Source: Alphaproteobacteria bacterium (GTDB taxonomy: Bacteria > Pseudomonadota > Alphaproteobacteria > SP197). Taken from it: a stretch of 64,000 nt of DNA. This document shows, piece after piece, positions 10,152 through 19,495 of the stretch (positions are counted from its first letter, which is position 1; each line of letters starts with the position of its first letter). A model generated the notes under the pieces. That model saw only the letters and a list, made by a program, of their open reading frames with translations. It had not been told where the DNA came from and did no database searches. The stretch spans positions 3,232,001-3,296,000 of the forward strand of contig OZ245842.1 of the NCBI GenBank assembly GCA_965228895.1. Direction: 5' to 3'. The position numbers and the translations under genes are program-made.

Positions 10152-10799
10152 ATGTGTAACCTCTATTCCATGACCTCGAACCAGGAGGCGATGCGCCGCC
10201 TGTTCAGGTTCTCCAGCATCCAGCTCAACCTGCCGTCACTGCCGGCGATCTTCCCCGGTCACGACGCGCCGGTGGTGCGGCGTGGCGGAGAGGGCGGGCG
10301 TGAGCTGGTTATGGTGTCCTGGGGGTTCGTGTTGCCGCAAAAGGACAAGGCGCCCAAACGGGTCACCAACGCGCGCACTGATAAGCTGACCGAGAGCCCC
10401 TTCTGGCGCGGTTCGTTCGAAGAGCGCCGCTGCCTGGTGCCGGCGACCAGCTTCGCCGAGCCGAAAGGCAAGAAGCCGGCGATCTGGCATTGGTTCGGCA
10501 TGACGGGCGATGAACCGCGCCCGCTTTTTGCCTTCGCCGGTCTGTGGCGATCGTGGCGTGGCAAGCTGAAAGACGAGTTTGTCGAGATGGATGTCATGGC
10601 GATCGTGACGACGACACCGAACGAGGTCGTCAAACCGATCCACCCAAGCCGCATGCCGGTCATCATCGACGAGAGCGACCACGACACCTGGCTTACTGCC
10701 GCGCCTGAGGACGCTCTTAAACTCGCCCGCCCTTATCCGGCCGAGAAGATGCGCATTGTCCACAAGGGCGAAACGAAGGACGACGCCGAGGCAGCGTAA
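10152..10799 (+). CDS. SOS response-associated peptidase (SRAP/YedK/HMCES abasic-site processing protein)
   Basis: N-terminal MCNLY, NARTD, RRCLVPATSFAE, FAFAGLW, IHPSRMPVI. Confidence 0.92.
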   Translation: MCNLYSMTSNQEAMRRLFRFSSIQLNLPSLPAIFPGHDAPVVRRGGEGGRELVMVSWGFVLPQKDKAPKRVTNARTDKLTESPFWRGSFEERRCLVPATSFAEPKGKKPAIWHWFGMTGDEPRPLFAFAGLWRSWRGKLKDEFVEMDVMAIVTTTPNEVVKPIHPSRMPVIIDESDHDTWLTAAPEDALKLARPYPAEKMRIVHKGETKDDAEAA

Positions 10800-10802
10800 G
10801 GT

Positions 10803-11591
10803 CTAACCGTCCAACCCCAACACCGCGCGCGGGTCGCGGCCGTCAAGCCAGCCGAGTGTCATCGTACCCTTCAACTCATAGCCGATCAGGCGCTGCAGCG
10901 TCTCGGGCATGGCACGCACGGTGTCGGGCGGCAGTGCCAGATACATCATCTCCTCCTGGCGCAGCCAGCCAAGACTGTAGCCGGTATATAGGCCGATACG
11001 CGGCGTCTGCGTCCGATTGGCGCCGGCGCCATGCCAGGTCGCGCCCTGCCACATCAGGATCGAGCCAGCCGGCATCTCGGCCGGGACCGCGTCGGCGGGA
11101 TCGGGATGGTCACTGGTCGCCAGACGGTGACTGCCCGGCACCACACGGGTCGCGCCGTTCTCGGTGGTGAAGTCGGTGACGGCCCACATTATGTTGACCT
11201 CGAAACAGGGGTGCGGATGCGGCAGACGGAAGATGTCGTCATCGCGATGCAGGTTCTGGTCACCGGCGCCGGGATGGACCTCGATGCCCTGGACACTGGA
11301 GATCTGGTAGCGCACGCAGTTCGGGCCGAGCATCGTGTCGAGCACACCGAGCATAACCGGGTGTGCGGCCAAGTCTTGCAGCGTCGGACTAGAGGCCAGA
11401 ATGCGACTGTGGATACGCTTTGTCCGGTTGTCGCCCGCACCAATCTCTGTCGCCGCGAAGTAGGGCGCGAGATCATTGGTGAGCGTCGTCATGACAGACC
11501 CGTCGACGAGTCCGTCGATGACGGCATAGCCGTTGTCCTGTAGCCCCTGAAGCGCGCGGGCGACCAAGTGAGCGTCTTGCGGTCCGGTCAT
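10803..11591 (-). CDS. Phytanoyl-CoA dioxygenase (PhyH) family 2OG-Fe(II) oxygenase
   Basis: HRD iron motif, DFTTENGATRVVPGSH, WHGAGAN; ATGA overlap with upstream SDR. Confidence 0.88.
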   Translation of the reverse strand: MTGPQDAHLVARALQGLQDNGYAVIDGLVDGSVMTTLTNDLAPYFAATEIGAGDNRTKRIHSRILASSPTLQDLAAHPVMLGVLDTMLGPNCVRYQISSVQGIEVHPGAGDQNLHRDDDIFRLPHPHPCFEVNIMWAVTDFTTENGATRVVPGSHRLATSDHPDPADAVPAEMPAGSILMWQGATWHGAGANRTQTPRIGLYTGYSLGWLRQEEMMYLALPPDTVRAMPETLQRLIGYELKGTMTLGWLDGRDPRAVLGLDG

Positions 11592-12382
11592 GGCAGGCAC
11601 CAGCCGCCATCGACCGGCAAGATGTGGCCGGTAACGAAGGACGCGGCATCAGACGCCAGGAAAACCACCGGGCCGACAAGCTCCTCCGGCGCTCCCTTGC
11701 GGCCCAACGGCGTCATGCTTTCGACCCGCGCCTTTTCGGAAGGGTCGTCATAACGGTCTTCGCTGCCGCGCATGTGGGATGTCATGTAGCCGGGATTGAT
11801 GACGTTGACCCGGATGTTGTGCTTGCACCACTCAAGCGCCAACTGGCGCGCTAGATGATCGACCCCCGCCTTCGACACGCTGTAGCTGGTCAAGCGATCG
11901 AACGCAACCAGGCTGGCGTTGGACGATGTCAGCACGATCGAACCGCCGCCGCCCTGCTCGATCATGCACCGGCCGGCCAGCTGCGCGCAGTTGAAAGCCC
12001 CGGTCAGGTTGACGCCAATCATCTCGTCCCAATCCTCGGCCTCGATATCCTCGGCGGCTTTGGCGCGGCCGATGCCGTGATTGACCACCATGACATCGAG
12101 CTTGCCAAAGCGTTCGACAGTACCGTCAATCAGGCGCTGGCAGTCGGCGCGGTCACAGGCATCGAAGACAATATCCAGCACGGTGTGTCCGTTATCGCGC
12201 AGCGCGGCGGCGCTCTCGGTAACGACATCGCCCGTGCACCCGCACACCACGACGTTGGCACCGGCCTCCGCCAGGCCATGCGCGATGGCACGGCCCAGGC
12301 CGCGGCCCGAGCCAGTTACAATGGCGGTCTTGCCGGTTAGATCGAACAAAGCCGCCGTCTTCCCGGGTGTGCCCGCGGACAT
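11588..12382 (-). CDS. SDR family oxidoreductase
   Basis: TGSGRGLG, YSVSK catalytic motif, FVTGHILPVDGG. Confidence 0.9.
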   Translation of the reverse strand: MSAGTPGKTAALFDLTGKTAIVTGSGRGLGRAIAHGLAEAGANVVVCGCTGDVVTESAAALRDNGHTVLDIVFDACDRADCQRLIDGTVERFGKLDVMVVNHGIGRAKAAEDIEAEDWDEMIGVNLTGAFNCAQLAGRCMIEQGGGGSIVLTSSNASLVAFDRLTSYSVSKAGVDHLARQLALEWCKHNIRVNVINPGYMTSHMRGSEDRYDDPSEKARVESMTPLGRKGAPEELVGPVVFLASDAASFVTGHILPVDGGWCLP

Positions 12383-12472
12383 GACCATCTCCCTTCGTTT
12401 GGCAAACTCATCTAATCTTAGACAACTGTATAAGTTCTTGATAGCCTCCTTTTCATACAGTTCAGATTGGCC

Positions 12473-13099
12473 ATGGAACCCATTCCTCGACCGAGCACGC
12501 AGCCGGAAATCAACGCTTTTCGACGATCGTGCCTGATTGAGGGAACGATCCTGTCGCTTGCCGAACACGGCACCGCCGGCACGTCGATCAGGACCATCGC
12601 CGCCGCGGCCGGTGTGTCCCATGGCTTGGCGCGCCACTATTTCGAGACCAAGGACGACCTAATGGCGGCGGCCTACCATCATCTTTGCGACGTCATATCG
12701 GAGAGTGTCCGAACGGCAGAGGAAGCAGCGGGCAGCGCGGCGATCGACAAATTGAAAGCGACGCCGCGCGCGGTTCTGTCCCCGCCCCTGTTCGATGACG
12801 TCCGTCGCCTGGCGTTTCTGGAATTCTGGCACGAGATCCGCCACAATCCGACGATCGCAGGGATCCACCAGAAACTCTACGCGCGCTATCGCCGCCGGAT
12901 CGCGCGCCTGTTTCGCCAAGCAGCGGCCGAGACCGGCGCCGCCGTCAACGCTCGACTGGCCGCGATCGGTCTGCTCGCACTTCTCGACGGGCTTTGGCTC
13001 GAGCTGTCGTTGGACCATAACGGCTATTCGCACACCGACGCCCTGAAGCTTTCGCAAACCTATATCGATCAGCAGTTAGCGGCCGGTTCTCCTGCCTGA
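12473..13099 (+). CDS. TetR family regulator, BetI-like C-terminal domain
   Basis: HTH TSIRTIAAAAGVSHGLARHYFETKDDL; C-terminal ALLDGLWLE. Confidence 0.88.
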   Translation: MEPIPRPSTQPEINAFRRSCLIEGTILSLAEHGTAGTSIRTIAAAAGVSHGLARHYFETKDDLMAAAYHHLCDVISESVRTAEEAAGSAAIDKLKATPRAVLSPPLFDDVRRLAFLEFWHEIRHNPTIAGIHQKLYARYRRRIARLFRQAAAETGAAVNARLAAIGLLALLDGLWLELSLDHNGYSHTDALKLSQTYIDQQLAAGSPA

Positions 13100-13175
13100 C
13101 CTCAAGGAAACGTAGCGTCCGCCAGCGCGCCATGGCAGGCTTTCCGAGAGCGCTCATCCAAGAGAAGTCCGTCCC

Positions 13176-14474
13176 ATCACCACGCCAGACGACAACACCG
13201 CACCGGAAAACGGTGCGACGACAAAACAGCGAAAGCGTGTCGCCGCCAGCGGCATCGTCGGCAATGTGTTGGAGTGGTACGATTTCTCACTCTATGGCTA
13301 CCTCGCGCCGATCACCGCGCCGCTGTTCTTTCCGTCAGACGATCCCCTGACATCGCTGGTTCAGTCCTTCGCGGTTTTCGCCATCGGTTTTCTGGCGCGC
13401 CCGATCGGCGGCATTATCTATGGCCATATCGGCGACCGCATGGGCCGGCGTCATCTCCTCATGCTATCGGTTGTGGCGATGGCGGTGCCGACGGTACTGA
13501 TGGGCCTTCTGCCGACCTATGCAACCATCGGCATTGCCGCCCCCGTTCTGCTCGTCATTCTACGACTGGTGCAGGGCCTGTCTGCGGGCGGTGAATTCTC
13601 CGGATCCATCATCTTTCTGGTCGAACACGCGCCGCCCCACCGCCGTGGCTTCATGGGCAGCCTGTCCAATTTCGGCGCCATGATCGGTGGTCTGCTCGGC
13701 CTGTTTGTCGGCTGGCTGGCGACCGAGTGGCTCGACGGCGAGACGATGAGCGAGTGGGGATGGCGCGTGCCGTTCCTGCTCGGTGTCCTGGTCAGTCTCT
13801 TCGGACTGTGGGTGCGCAAGGGCATGCCGGATTCGCCGGCCTATGTCAGACTGCAGGAGGCTGGTCAGGTCCTGCGCAACCCCATCGTCGCGGCGTTCAA
13901 ACACCAAACGCGGCCGATGCTGGTGACAATCGGGCTCAACTGGATCGTCTCGGCCGGCTACTACGTGGTCTTCGTCTGGCTGATTACCGATCTGACCAAG
14001 GTTGCCGGCCTCACCATGCACGATGCCATGGGCATCGGCGTGCTGGGTCTTGCATTCGGCATGGCGCTGACGCCCGTCATGGGCCACCTTTCCGATCGTA
14101 TCGGCCAACGTACCATGCTGGTCATCGCATCTCTGTTGACGGCGATCGCGGTCGTACCGCTGCTTCTGCTGGCCGATCAGGGAACCTATGGCAGCGGACT
14201 TGCCGCCCAGCTCGGCCTTGCCTTCTTGATGGCCGTGCTGCTGGGCACCATGCCCGCCGTCTTCGTATCCCTGTTCTCGGCAGACGCCCGTTGTTCGTCG
14301 ATGTCGATCGGCTACAACGCGGCGCTGGCGCTGTTCGGCGGCACATCACCCCTGATCGCGACCTATCTGGTCGCGGCCACCGGCTGGAGCGGTGCGCCCG
14401 GCCTCTATCTCGCCGGCACCGCGCTGGTCTGCCTCGCTCTCGTCCCCTTCGTGCCGCGGACAATGCGCGAGTGA
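13176..14474 (+). CDS. MFS metabolite:H+ symporter (ProP-like); start codon appears to be ATC
   Basis: GNVLEWYDF, RPIGGIIYGHIGDRMGRR, QGLSAGGE, WGWRVPF; no ATG/GTG/TTG in frame before TM1. Confidence 0.8.
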   Translation: MTTPDDNTAPENGATTKQRKRVAASGIVGNVLEWYDFSLYGYLAPITAPLFFPSDDPLTSLVQSFAVFAIGFLARPIGGIIYGHIGDRMGRRHLLMLSVVAMAVPTVLMGLLPTYATIGIAAPVLLVILRLVQGLSAGGEFSGSIIFLVEHAPPHRRGFMGSLSNFGAMIGGLLGLFVGWLATEWLDGETMSEWGWRVPFLLGVLVSLFGLWVRKGMPDSPAYVRLQEAGQVLRNPIVAAFKHQTRPMLVTIGLNWIVSAGYYVVFVWLITDLTKVAGLTMHDAMGIGVLGLAFGMALTPVMGHLSDRIGQRTMLVIASLLTAIAVVPLLLLADQGTYGSGLAAQLGLAFLMAVLLGTMPAVFVSLFSADARCSSMSIGYNAALALFGGTSPLIATYLVAATGWSGAPGLYLAGTALVCLALVPFVPRTMRE

Positions 14475-14494
14475 GCGGTTCCGACGAAACCGCG

Positions 14495-14744
14495 TCAGCC
14501 CGTGTCCTCGTCCACTTCGATCACCACGTGCGAATCCAAAACGAGATCGCATTCCAGACACTGCACTGTGCCGTCCGTGAAAAAAGTCCGCATCGCGCGT
14601 CAGCCAATCCGCCACCGTCTGGCGCCCCGGCATGTCGGTATCACGGCAGATCGCGCGCAGGCTCTCACCCGCCGCCAGCCGGTCGCACAAGGTCGTGGCG
14701 ATCGCTTCGGTATAGGTCGACGGCCGGCCGCTTTTTCTGGTCAG
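14495..14744 (-). pseudogene. Phage terminase small subunit N-terminal (HTH) relic
   Basis: GRPSTYTEAIATTLCDRLAAGESLRAICRDTDMPGRQTVADWL is the TerS-like N-terminus; CTG start after GGGAG; similarity stops at a T6 run. Confidence 0.75.
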
Positions 14745-14799
14745 GGCTCAGCTCCCGTCGTATGCGTGGCGCCCCCCGGCTTCACGCGAGTTCAACACC

Positions 14800-15228
14800 A
14801 TGACCGACAAAGGCAACGATCAAGCCCCCGACGACATCCAGATCGAACGGCTCGGCAATCAGATCCACATCATGGATCAGGGCAAGGCCGTCGCCGTCAC
14901 GATCGAGGCCAAGAACGGGCGGCGCCATCGTCTGGTGGCCGCGACCTCGGCGGTCGGCAATCTTGTCGGTTACCTAACGCGTGCGCGCACCAAGGCGATC
15001 GAGCGGCTCGAAGCCGCCGGCATCGATCATCAGATCAAGACCACGGTCGACACCGACACGATGGTCGAACCAAAATCGGTCAACCTGGGCGTTGCCCGCG
15101 ACATGTCGATGGCCGTCCTGCAGATCGCCGATGCCAAGGGCGGCACGATCAATGTCAGCCTGGCGCCCAATCTCGTCGCGGCGCTGGCGCAACAGATGAC
15201 ACGCGCCGCCAAGGACATTGGCACCTGA
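14800..15228 (+). CDS. Hypothetical protein with an internal tandem repeat
   Basis: Clean 142-aa ORF with host-like codon usage; two similar halves each ending in L/M-TRA. Confidence 0.65.
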   Translation: MTDKGNDQAPDDIQIERLGNQIHIMDQGKAVAVTIEAKNGRRHRLVAATSAVGNLVGYLTRARTKAIERLEAAGIDHQIKTTVDTDTMVEPKSVNLGVARDMSMAVLQIADAKGGTINVSLAPNLVAALAQQMTRAAKDIGT

Positions 15229-15393
15229 TCTGACACAGCCACGCAAACGCAAAACGCCCCGACCGCGAGGTCGAGGCGCAATGCTTCAACGATGGGGCAC
15301 CCTAACCAGAATTGTCGCACATTGCAAGCAAAAAGTGCCGATACTTTTATCGAAACAAAACAAGGTCATAGATGCACAACGCGCGCATCGTTG

Positions 15394-15867
15394 TCAGATC
15401 ACCGCGCCACCGGCGTAGCTCAGCGCGTAACAGAGACGCCCGCCATCATGGATTTCTTCATGCCCCTCAAATCGGGCGGCATGACCTGACGCCACAGCGC
15501 TATACGTGAACGCGCCGCTCTTATGGTGCGCCGGCCCCCGGAACGGCCGGTCCTCCGGCACCAGGCGCAACGCCTCGCGCAGGAAACGATAGGTATCGCT
15601 GACCGCCTCATCGTCGATGCCGTCGACAACACCGCCGGAATAGCTCATCGCCCAGACCGCCCGGCGATCGTCATAGACCGTCTCCAAGCCGGTGAAGAGG
15701 CGCATGCCAAAATAGATATCGCGATAGAGCAGCGAGCCGTCCTGCCATTCCAACTGTTTGGAACACGGCAGCAGCGGCTCGGCGGCATCGGCATCATCGC
15801 CTTGGCCGGCATAAGTACGCCGCTTGGCTTCCATCAGGAAGCCCTTAAGACCATGGTTTTCCATCAT
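15394..15867 (-). CDS. DUF5680 domain protein
   Basis: FLMEAKRRTYAG, YRDIYFG, WAMSYSG, FLREAL..PFRGP, FEGHEEI. Confidence 0.75.
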   Translation of the reverse strand: MMENHGLKGFLMEAKRRTYAGQGDDADAAEPLLPCSKQLEWQDGSLLYRDIYFGMRLFTGLETVYDDRRAVWAMSYSGGVVDGIDDEAVSDTYRFLREALRLVPEDRPFRGPAHHKSGAFTYSAVASGHAARFEGHEEIHDGGRLCYALSYAGGAVI

Positions 15868-15890
15868 CTTATCCCTGGCTGAAAAATCGT

Positions 15891-16292
15891 TTACCCATCG
15901 CCGCTTGCCTCGTTTCGCGGCAGGCCATCGGCAAGGTGGATCCACGGCAACTGATCCCTGACGAACGAATGGTATTCCGGCGCAAACGCCTCCGGCTGCT
16001 CCATGCTCGCCACATAGAAATGAATCTCATTGGGGTAACGCTCGGTTGCAAATGCCACCGGCGTGCCGCAGGCATGACAGAAATAGCGTTTCGCGCCGGG
16101 CGACGACTCGTAAAACCTCGGTTCCGCACCGGTGAAGCGCCATGCGCCGTTGGGAACGCCGATCCACGTGGTGAACGGCGACGACGTGTTGCGCCGGCAA
16201 TCGCGGCAGTGGCAGTGCGCGCACCAGTTCTCCTGTCCCTCGTACGCGAACGTGACGGCGCCACACATACAGCGGCCTTTCTTGACGGTCAT
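15891..16292 (-). CDS. GFA family Zn-binding protein
   Basis: GRCMCG, CHCRDCRR, FCHACGT. Confidence 0.9.
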   Translation of the reverse strand: MTVKKGRCMCGAVTFAYEGQENWCAHCHCRDCRRNTSSPFTTWIGVPNGAWRFTGAEPRFYESSPGAKRYFCHACGTPVAFATERYPNEIHFYVASMEQPEAFAPEYHSFVRDQLPWIHLADGLPRNEASGDG

Positions 16293-16376
16293 CCTTTCGG
16301 CTCCTCGTTGACGGCGGCGGCGCCTTATGCCGATGATCTCGGCATCAACGCGATGACTATAATGGGAGAACAAACC

Positions 16377-16796
16377 ATGGCCAAGGGATTCAACCCGTCG
16401 GGCACTTGGCAACCCCATGGCCGTGGCTTTTCCATGGGCGTCGTCCAGCATACCGGTCACGTTATCCACCTGACCGGTCAGGTCGCCTGGAACGAGGATG
16501 AAGAGATCGTGGGCCCGGGCGACATCGCCGCCCAGACGCACCAGTGCTTCGCCAACATCCGCGCGGTGCTGGCCGGCGCCGGGGGAATCCTGGACGACAT
16601 CGTCGCGGTCACCACCTACTTCACCGACCGCGCCCAACTCCCGGCGATCCAGGCCGTACGCACGGCCTATTTCGGCGGTGACACCGCGCCGGTCAGCGCC
16701 TCGGTGATGGTCGCCGGCCTCGGCCATCCCGATTTCCTGGTCGAACTGACGGTGGTTGCCGTCATTCCCAAAGACCGCTTCGTCGATCCCGCCTGA
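16377..16796 (+). CDS. RidA/YjgF family protein
   Basis: LTGQVA, QTHQCFANIRAVL, GLGHPDFLVEL. Confidence 0.88.
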   Translation: MAKGFNPSGTWQPHGRGFSMGVVQHTGHVIHLTGQVAWNEDEEIVGPGDIAAQTHQCFANIRAVLAGAGGILDDIVAVTTYFTDRAQLPAIQAVRTAYFGGDTAPVSASVMVAGLGHPDFLVELTVVAVIPKDRFVDPA

Positions 16797-16805
16797 CGCA
16801 AACTA

Positions 16806-17129
16806 TCACGCCTTGTCGAGGTAACGGTCCAAGCGGTCGAAACTGTCGTCCCAGAACTGCCGGTACTCGCCGGTCCACGCGTGCACCTCGCTCAGCGCGC
16901 CCGCACGCACCGCATAGATGCGCCGTCGCCCCTCCTTGCGGCGCGTCACCAGCCCGCTCTCCAGCAACACCTTCAGATGCTGCGACACCGCGCCCACGGT
17001 GACCGTCATGTCGGCGACAAGCTCTTGGACCGACCGCTCGCCGTCGCGCAACAGATCGAGCAGCCGGCGCCGGTTTTCGTCGGCAATCGCATGAAACACA
17101 TCGGCGGGCTTGCTCACCATCGTTCTCAT
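16806..17129 (-). CDS. ArsR/SmtB family regulator
   Basis: FHAIADENRRRLLDLL, AVSQHLKVLLESGLV, FWDDSFDRLDRYL. Confidence 0.9.
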   Translation of the reverse strand: MRTMVSKPADVFHAIADENRRRLLDLLRDGERSVQELVADMTVTVGAVSQHLKVLLESGLVTRRKEGRRRIYAVRAGALSEVHAWTGEYRQFWDDSFDRLDRYLDKA

Positions 17130-17132
17130 CCT

Positions 17133-17156
17133 ATATTATAGCGATCACTAAAATAT
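17133..17156. promoter_or_regulatory. Putative ArsR operator over divergent promoters
   Basis: ATATTATAG-N6-CTAAAATAT inverted repeat (1 mismatch) containing a minus-strand TATAAT. Confidence 0.55.
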
Positions 17157-17216
17157 TAGCGCAGGTCCGCCGGCTATGCAGCCTTAATCGCCAGCGGGCC
17201 CTGGAGGGAAACCGAC

Positions 17217-17924
17217 ATGACACAGCACACCGTAGTTTCCAAAGACGAATGGGTCGCCGCGCGACGGGACCTGCTGGCCCAGGAGAAAGCCTTCATGCGC
17301 CAACGCGACGATCTAGCCGCCACGCGGCGCGGCCTGCCCTGGGTCAAGGTCGACAAGGACTACGTCTTTCACGGCGCTTCCGGCAATGTTTCCCTCGCCG
17401 AGCTGTTCGACGGGCGCAGCCAGCTCATGGTCTACCACTTCATGTTCGGCCCGGAATGGGAACAGGGCTGCCCAAGCTGCTCCTATCTGGCCGACCATTT
17501 CGACGGCCTCACCACGCACCTCGCCCAACGCGATGTCACGCTTGTCGCGGCCGCCCGCTCACCGCTCGACCGACTGCGCGCCTATAAGGACCGTATGGGT
17601 TGGCGGTTCCCCTTCGTCTCGTCGCTGGACAACGACTTCAACTTCGATTTCCACGTCTCGTTCACGCCCGAGGAACTGGCCGGTGGCGAGGTCTACTACA
17701 ACTATCACCAGACCCAGTTTCCGGTCGACGAAGCGCCGGGCATCAGCGTCTTTTTCAAGGACGACGACGGCGCGATCTATCACACCTATTCAAGTTATGC
17801 CCGCGGCCTCGACAACCTGATCGGCACCTACCAGTTCCTCGACCTCGCACCGAAGGGGCGCGACGAAGACAAGCTCGATTTCCCCATGGCCTGGGTGCGC
17901 CGCCACGACGAATACGGCAGCTGA
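17217..17924 (+). CDS. DUF899 thioredoxin-like protein
   Basis: RRGLPWVKVDKDYVF, YHFMFGPEWEQGCPSCS, HTYSSYARG, WVRRHDEY. Confidence 0.9.
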   Translation: MTQHTVVSKDEWVAARRDLLAQEKAFMRQRDDLAATRRGLPWVKVDKDYVFHGASGNVSLAELFDGRSQLMVYHFMFGPEWEQGCPSCSYLADHFDGLTTHLAQRDVTLVAAARSPLDRLRAYKDRMGWRFPFVSSLDNDFNFDFHVSFTPEELAGGEVYYNYHQTQFPVDEAPGISVFFKDDDGAIYHTYSSYARGLDNLIGTYQFLDLAPKGRDEDKLDFPMAWVRRHDEYGS

Positions 17925-17981
17925 CGGTTTTTGACGTGGGTCAAGGCGCGGCCTCGTGACGGGCGCTACCGTCGCAAAATC

Positions 17982-18470
17982 ATGACCAACACACTCGTCG
18001 TCTGCTATTCGCGCACCGGGATAACGCGCCGTGTCGCCGATGCCATCGTCCTGGCGACCGGCGCGACGCTCGAAACCATCACGGAGGCACGCAGCCGCGG
18101 CGGCTTCTTCAACTACATGCGCTCGGGCAAGGAGGCGCTCTTCAGGCGCGCCGCGCCCATCGAACCGACGCAGCACGACCCCGCCGATTTCGATCTCGTC
18201 CTACTCGGATGTCCGGTCTGGGCCGGTCACATCCCCTCACCCATGCTGGCCTATATCGACGCCAACAAACAGCATATGCGCCGCGTCGCCTTCTTCGCGA
18301 CGCAGATGTCATCCAGCGCCGAAAAGATGTTTCGTCAGATGGCGGCGCAGATCGGACACGATCCCGTCGCCACATTGGTCCTGCTGCAGCGCGACGTCGA
18401 AGCCGACGCCTATCGCGACGCCGCTACACGGTTCGCCGACGAACTCAGCACCGCGCACCGCACAGCCTGA
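17982..18470 (+). CDS. Flavodoxin family protein
   Basis: YSRTGITRRVA FMN loop; LGCPVWAG; VAFFAT. Confidence 0.85.
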   Translation: MTNTLVVCYSRTGITRRVADAIVLATGATLETITEARSRGGFFNYMRSGKEALFRRAAPIEPTQHDPADFDLVLLGCPVWAGHIPSPMLAYIDANKQHMRRVAFFATQMSSSAEKMFRQMAAQIGHDPVATLVLLQRDVEADAYRDAATRFADELSTAHRTA

Positions 18471-18632
18471 GAACCGCGGCAGCGCTGTGGCGCATGCCTT
18501 TCCAACATATCTGTGACCGCCACGGCGTTGACTTCATTGATACCGCACGCCACGTTCCCACTTACAGGCGATCAGCCGCCGAGCCGCGCGGGCGCCGGCA
18601 ACTGTGTTTCAGGCAACGGGGGTACGTTGACG

Positions 18633-18767
18633 ATGAAGGTTCTTTTGATTGCAGCCGCTCTGCTTGGCGCCGTGACACTGTCTGCCTGCGACAAGAACTC
18701 GATCGCCGCGCCCTGCTTCAACGAAAACATCGGCGGCGGCTTCGGCTCCTGCGGCAGCAACCGCTAA
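18633..18767 (+). CDS. Small lipoprotein (44 aa)
   Basis: MKVLLIAAALLGAVTLSAC lipobox; GGGGG RBS-like run upstream. Confidence 0.65.
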   Translation: MKVLLIAAALLGAVTLSACDKNSIAAPCFNENIGGGFGSCGSNR

Positions 18768-18778
18768 ACCTAGCGCCG

Positions 18779-19393
18779 TCAAGCAGCCTGACTACTGGCG
18801 GGATCGTCGAACGCGCCGATCTGAAGCGCTAGGTCACGAGCGGTTTCGCGGACTTCGTTGGCGAAAGCGGCATCATCAACCGTGCGCGCCATGACCATGC
18901 CGCCGATACACAAAGTGGCGATCGCAATGGCCTTGCGGCGCGCCGTCTCGTCGCCGCCGCCCACGCCTGATTGAAACATGCCGATCATGCCCTGCAGCAG
19001 CATCTGATAGGTCTCGCGCATGACCGGCCCGGCGCGCGCGATATCCGACGGCAACGCGACCATCGGGCAGTGGTAATCCAGATCCTCCAGATGCGGCCGT
19101 GACAGATAGGCGTTGACGATCTGCGCGGCGAACGTCTGACGCTCGCCCCCAAAGTCGACATCGACGCCGTCCCAGCGCTCGGACGGATTGCAGGTCGCGT
19201 AAAATTTCACGGCCTCGCAGAACAGTTCTTCCTTGTTGCGGAAGTGATTGTAGAAACCGCCGCGCGTCAGGCCGGCCTCGGCCATGACCTGATCGATGGA
19301 GACTTCGCTGAAGCCGTACCGGTTAAACAGACGGCGCGCGCACTCGATGATCCGTACGCGGGTTTCCTCTTTGTGTTCAGGGCGATAGGGCAT
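18779..19393 (-). CDS. TetR family regulator
   Basis: VSIDQVMAEAGLTRGGFYNHFRNKEEL HTH; AGGAGG RBS. Confidence 0.9.
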   Translation of the reverse strand: MPYRPEHKEETRVRIIECARRLFNRYGFSEVSIDQVMAEAGLTRGGFYNHFRNKEELFCEAVKFYATCNPSERWDGVDVDFGGERQTFAAQIVNAYLSRPHLEDLDYHCPMVALPSDIARAGPVMRETYQMLLQGMIGMFQSGVGGGDETARRKAIAIATLCIGGMVMARTVDDAAFANEVRETARDLALQIGAFDDPASSQAA

Positions 19394-19495
19394 GATCGCG
19401 GTCCTCCTTCACGATCATGTTAGCGTCATCGAGTATATGTTCTTGATCATATTTTCGTTGTTTCGAGACTGACCCTCCCACGAAGGAGGAAGCTT

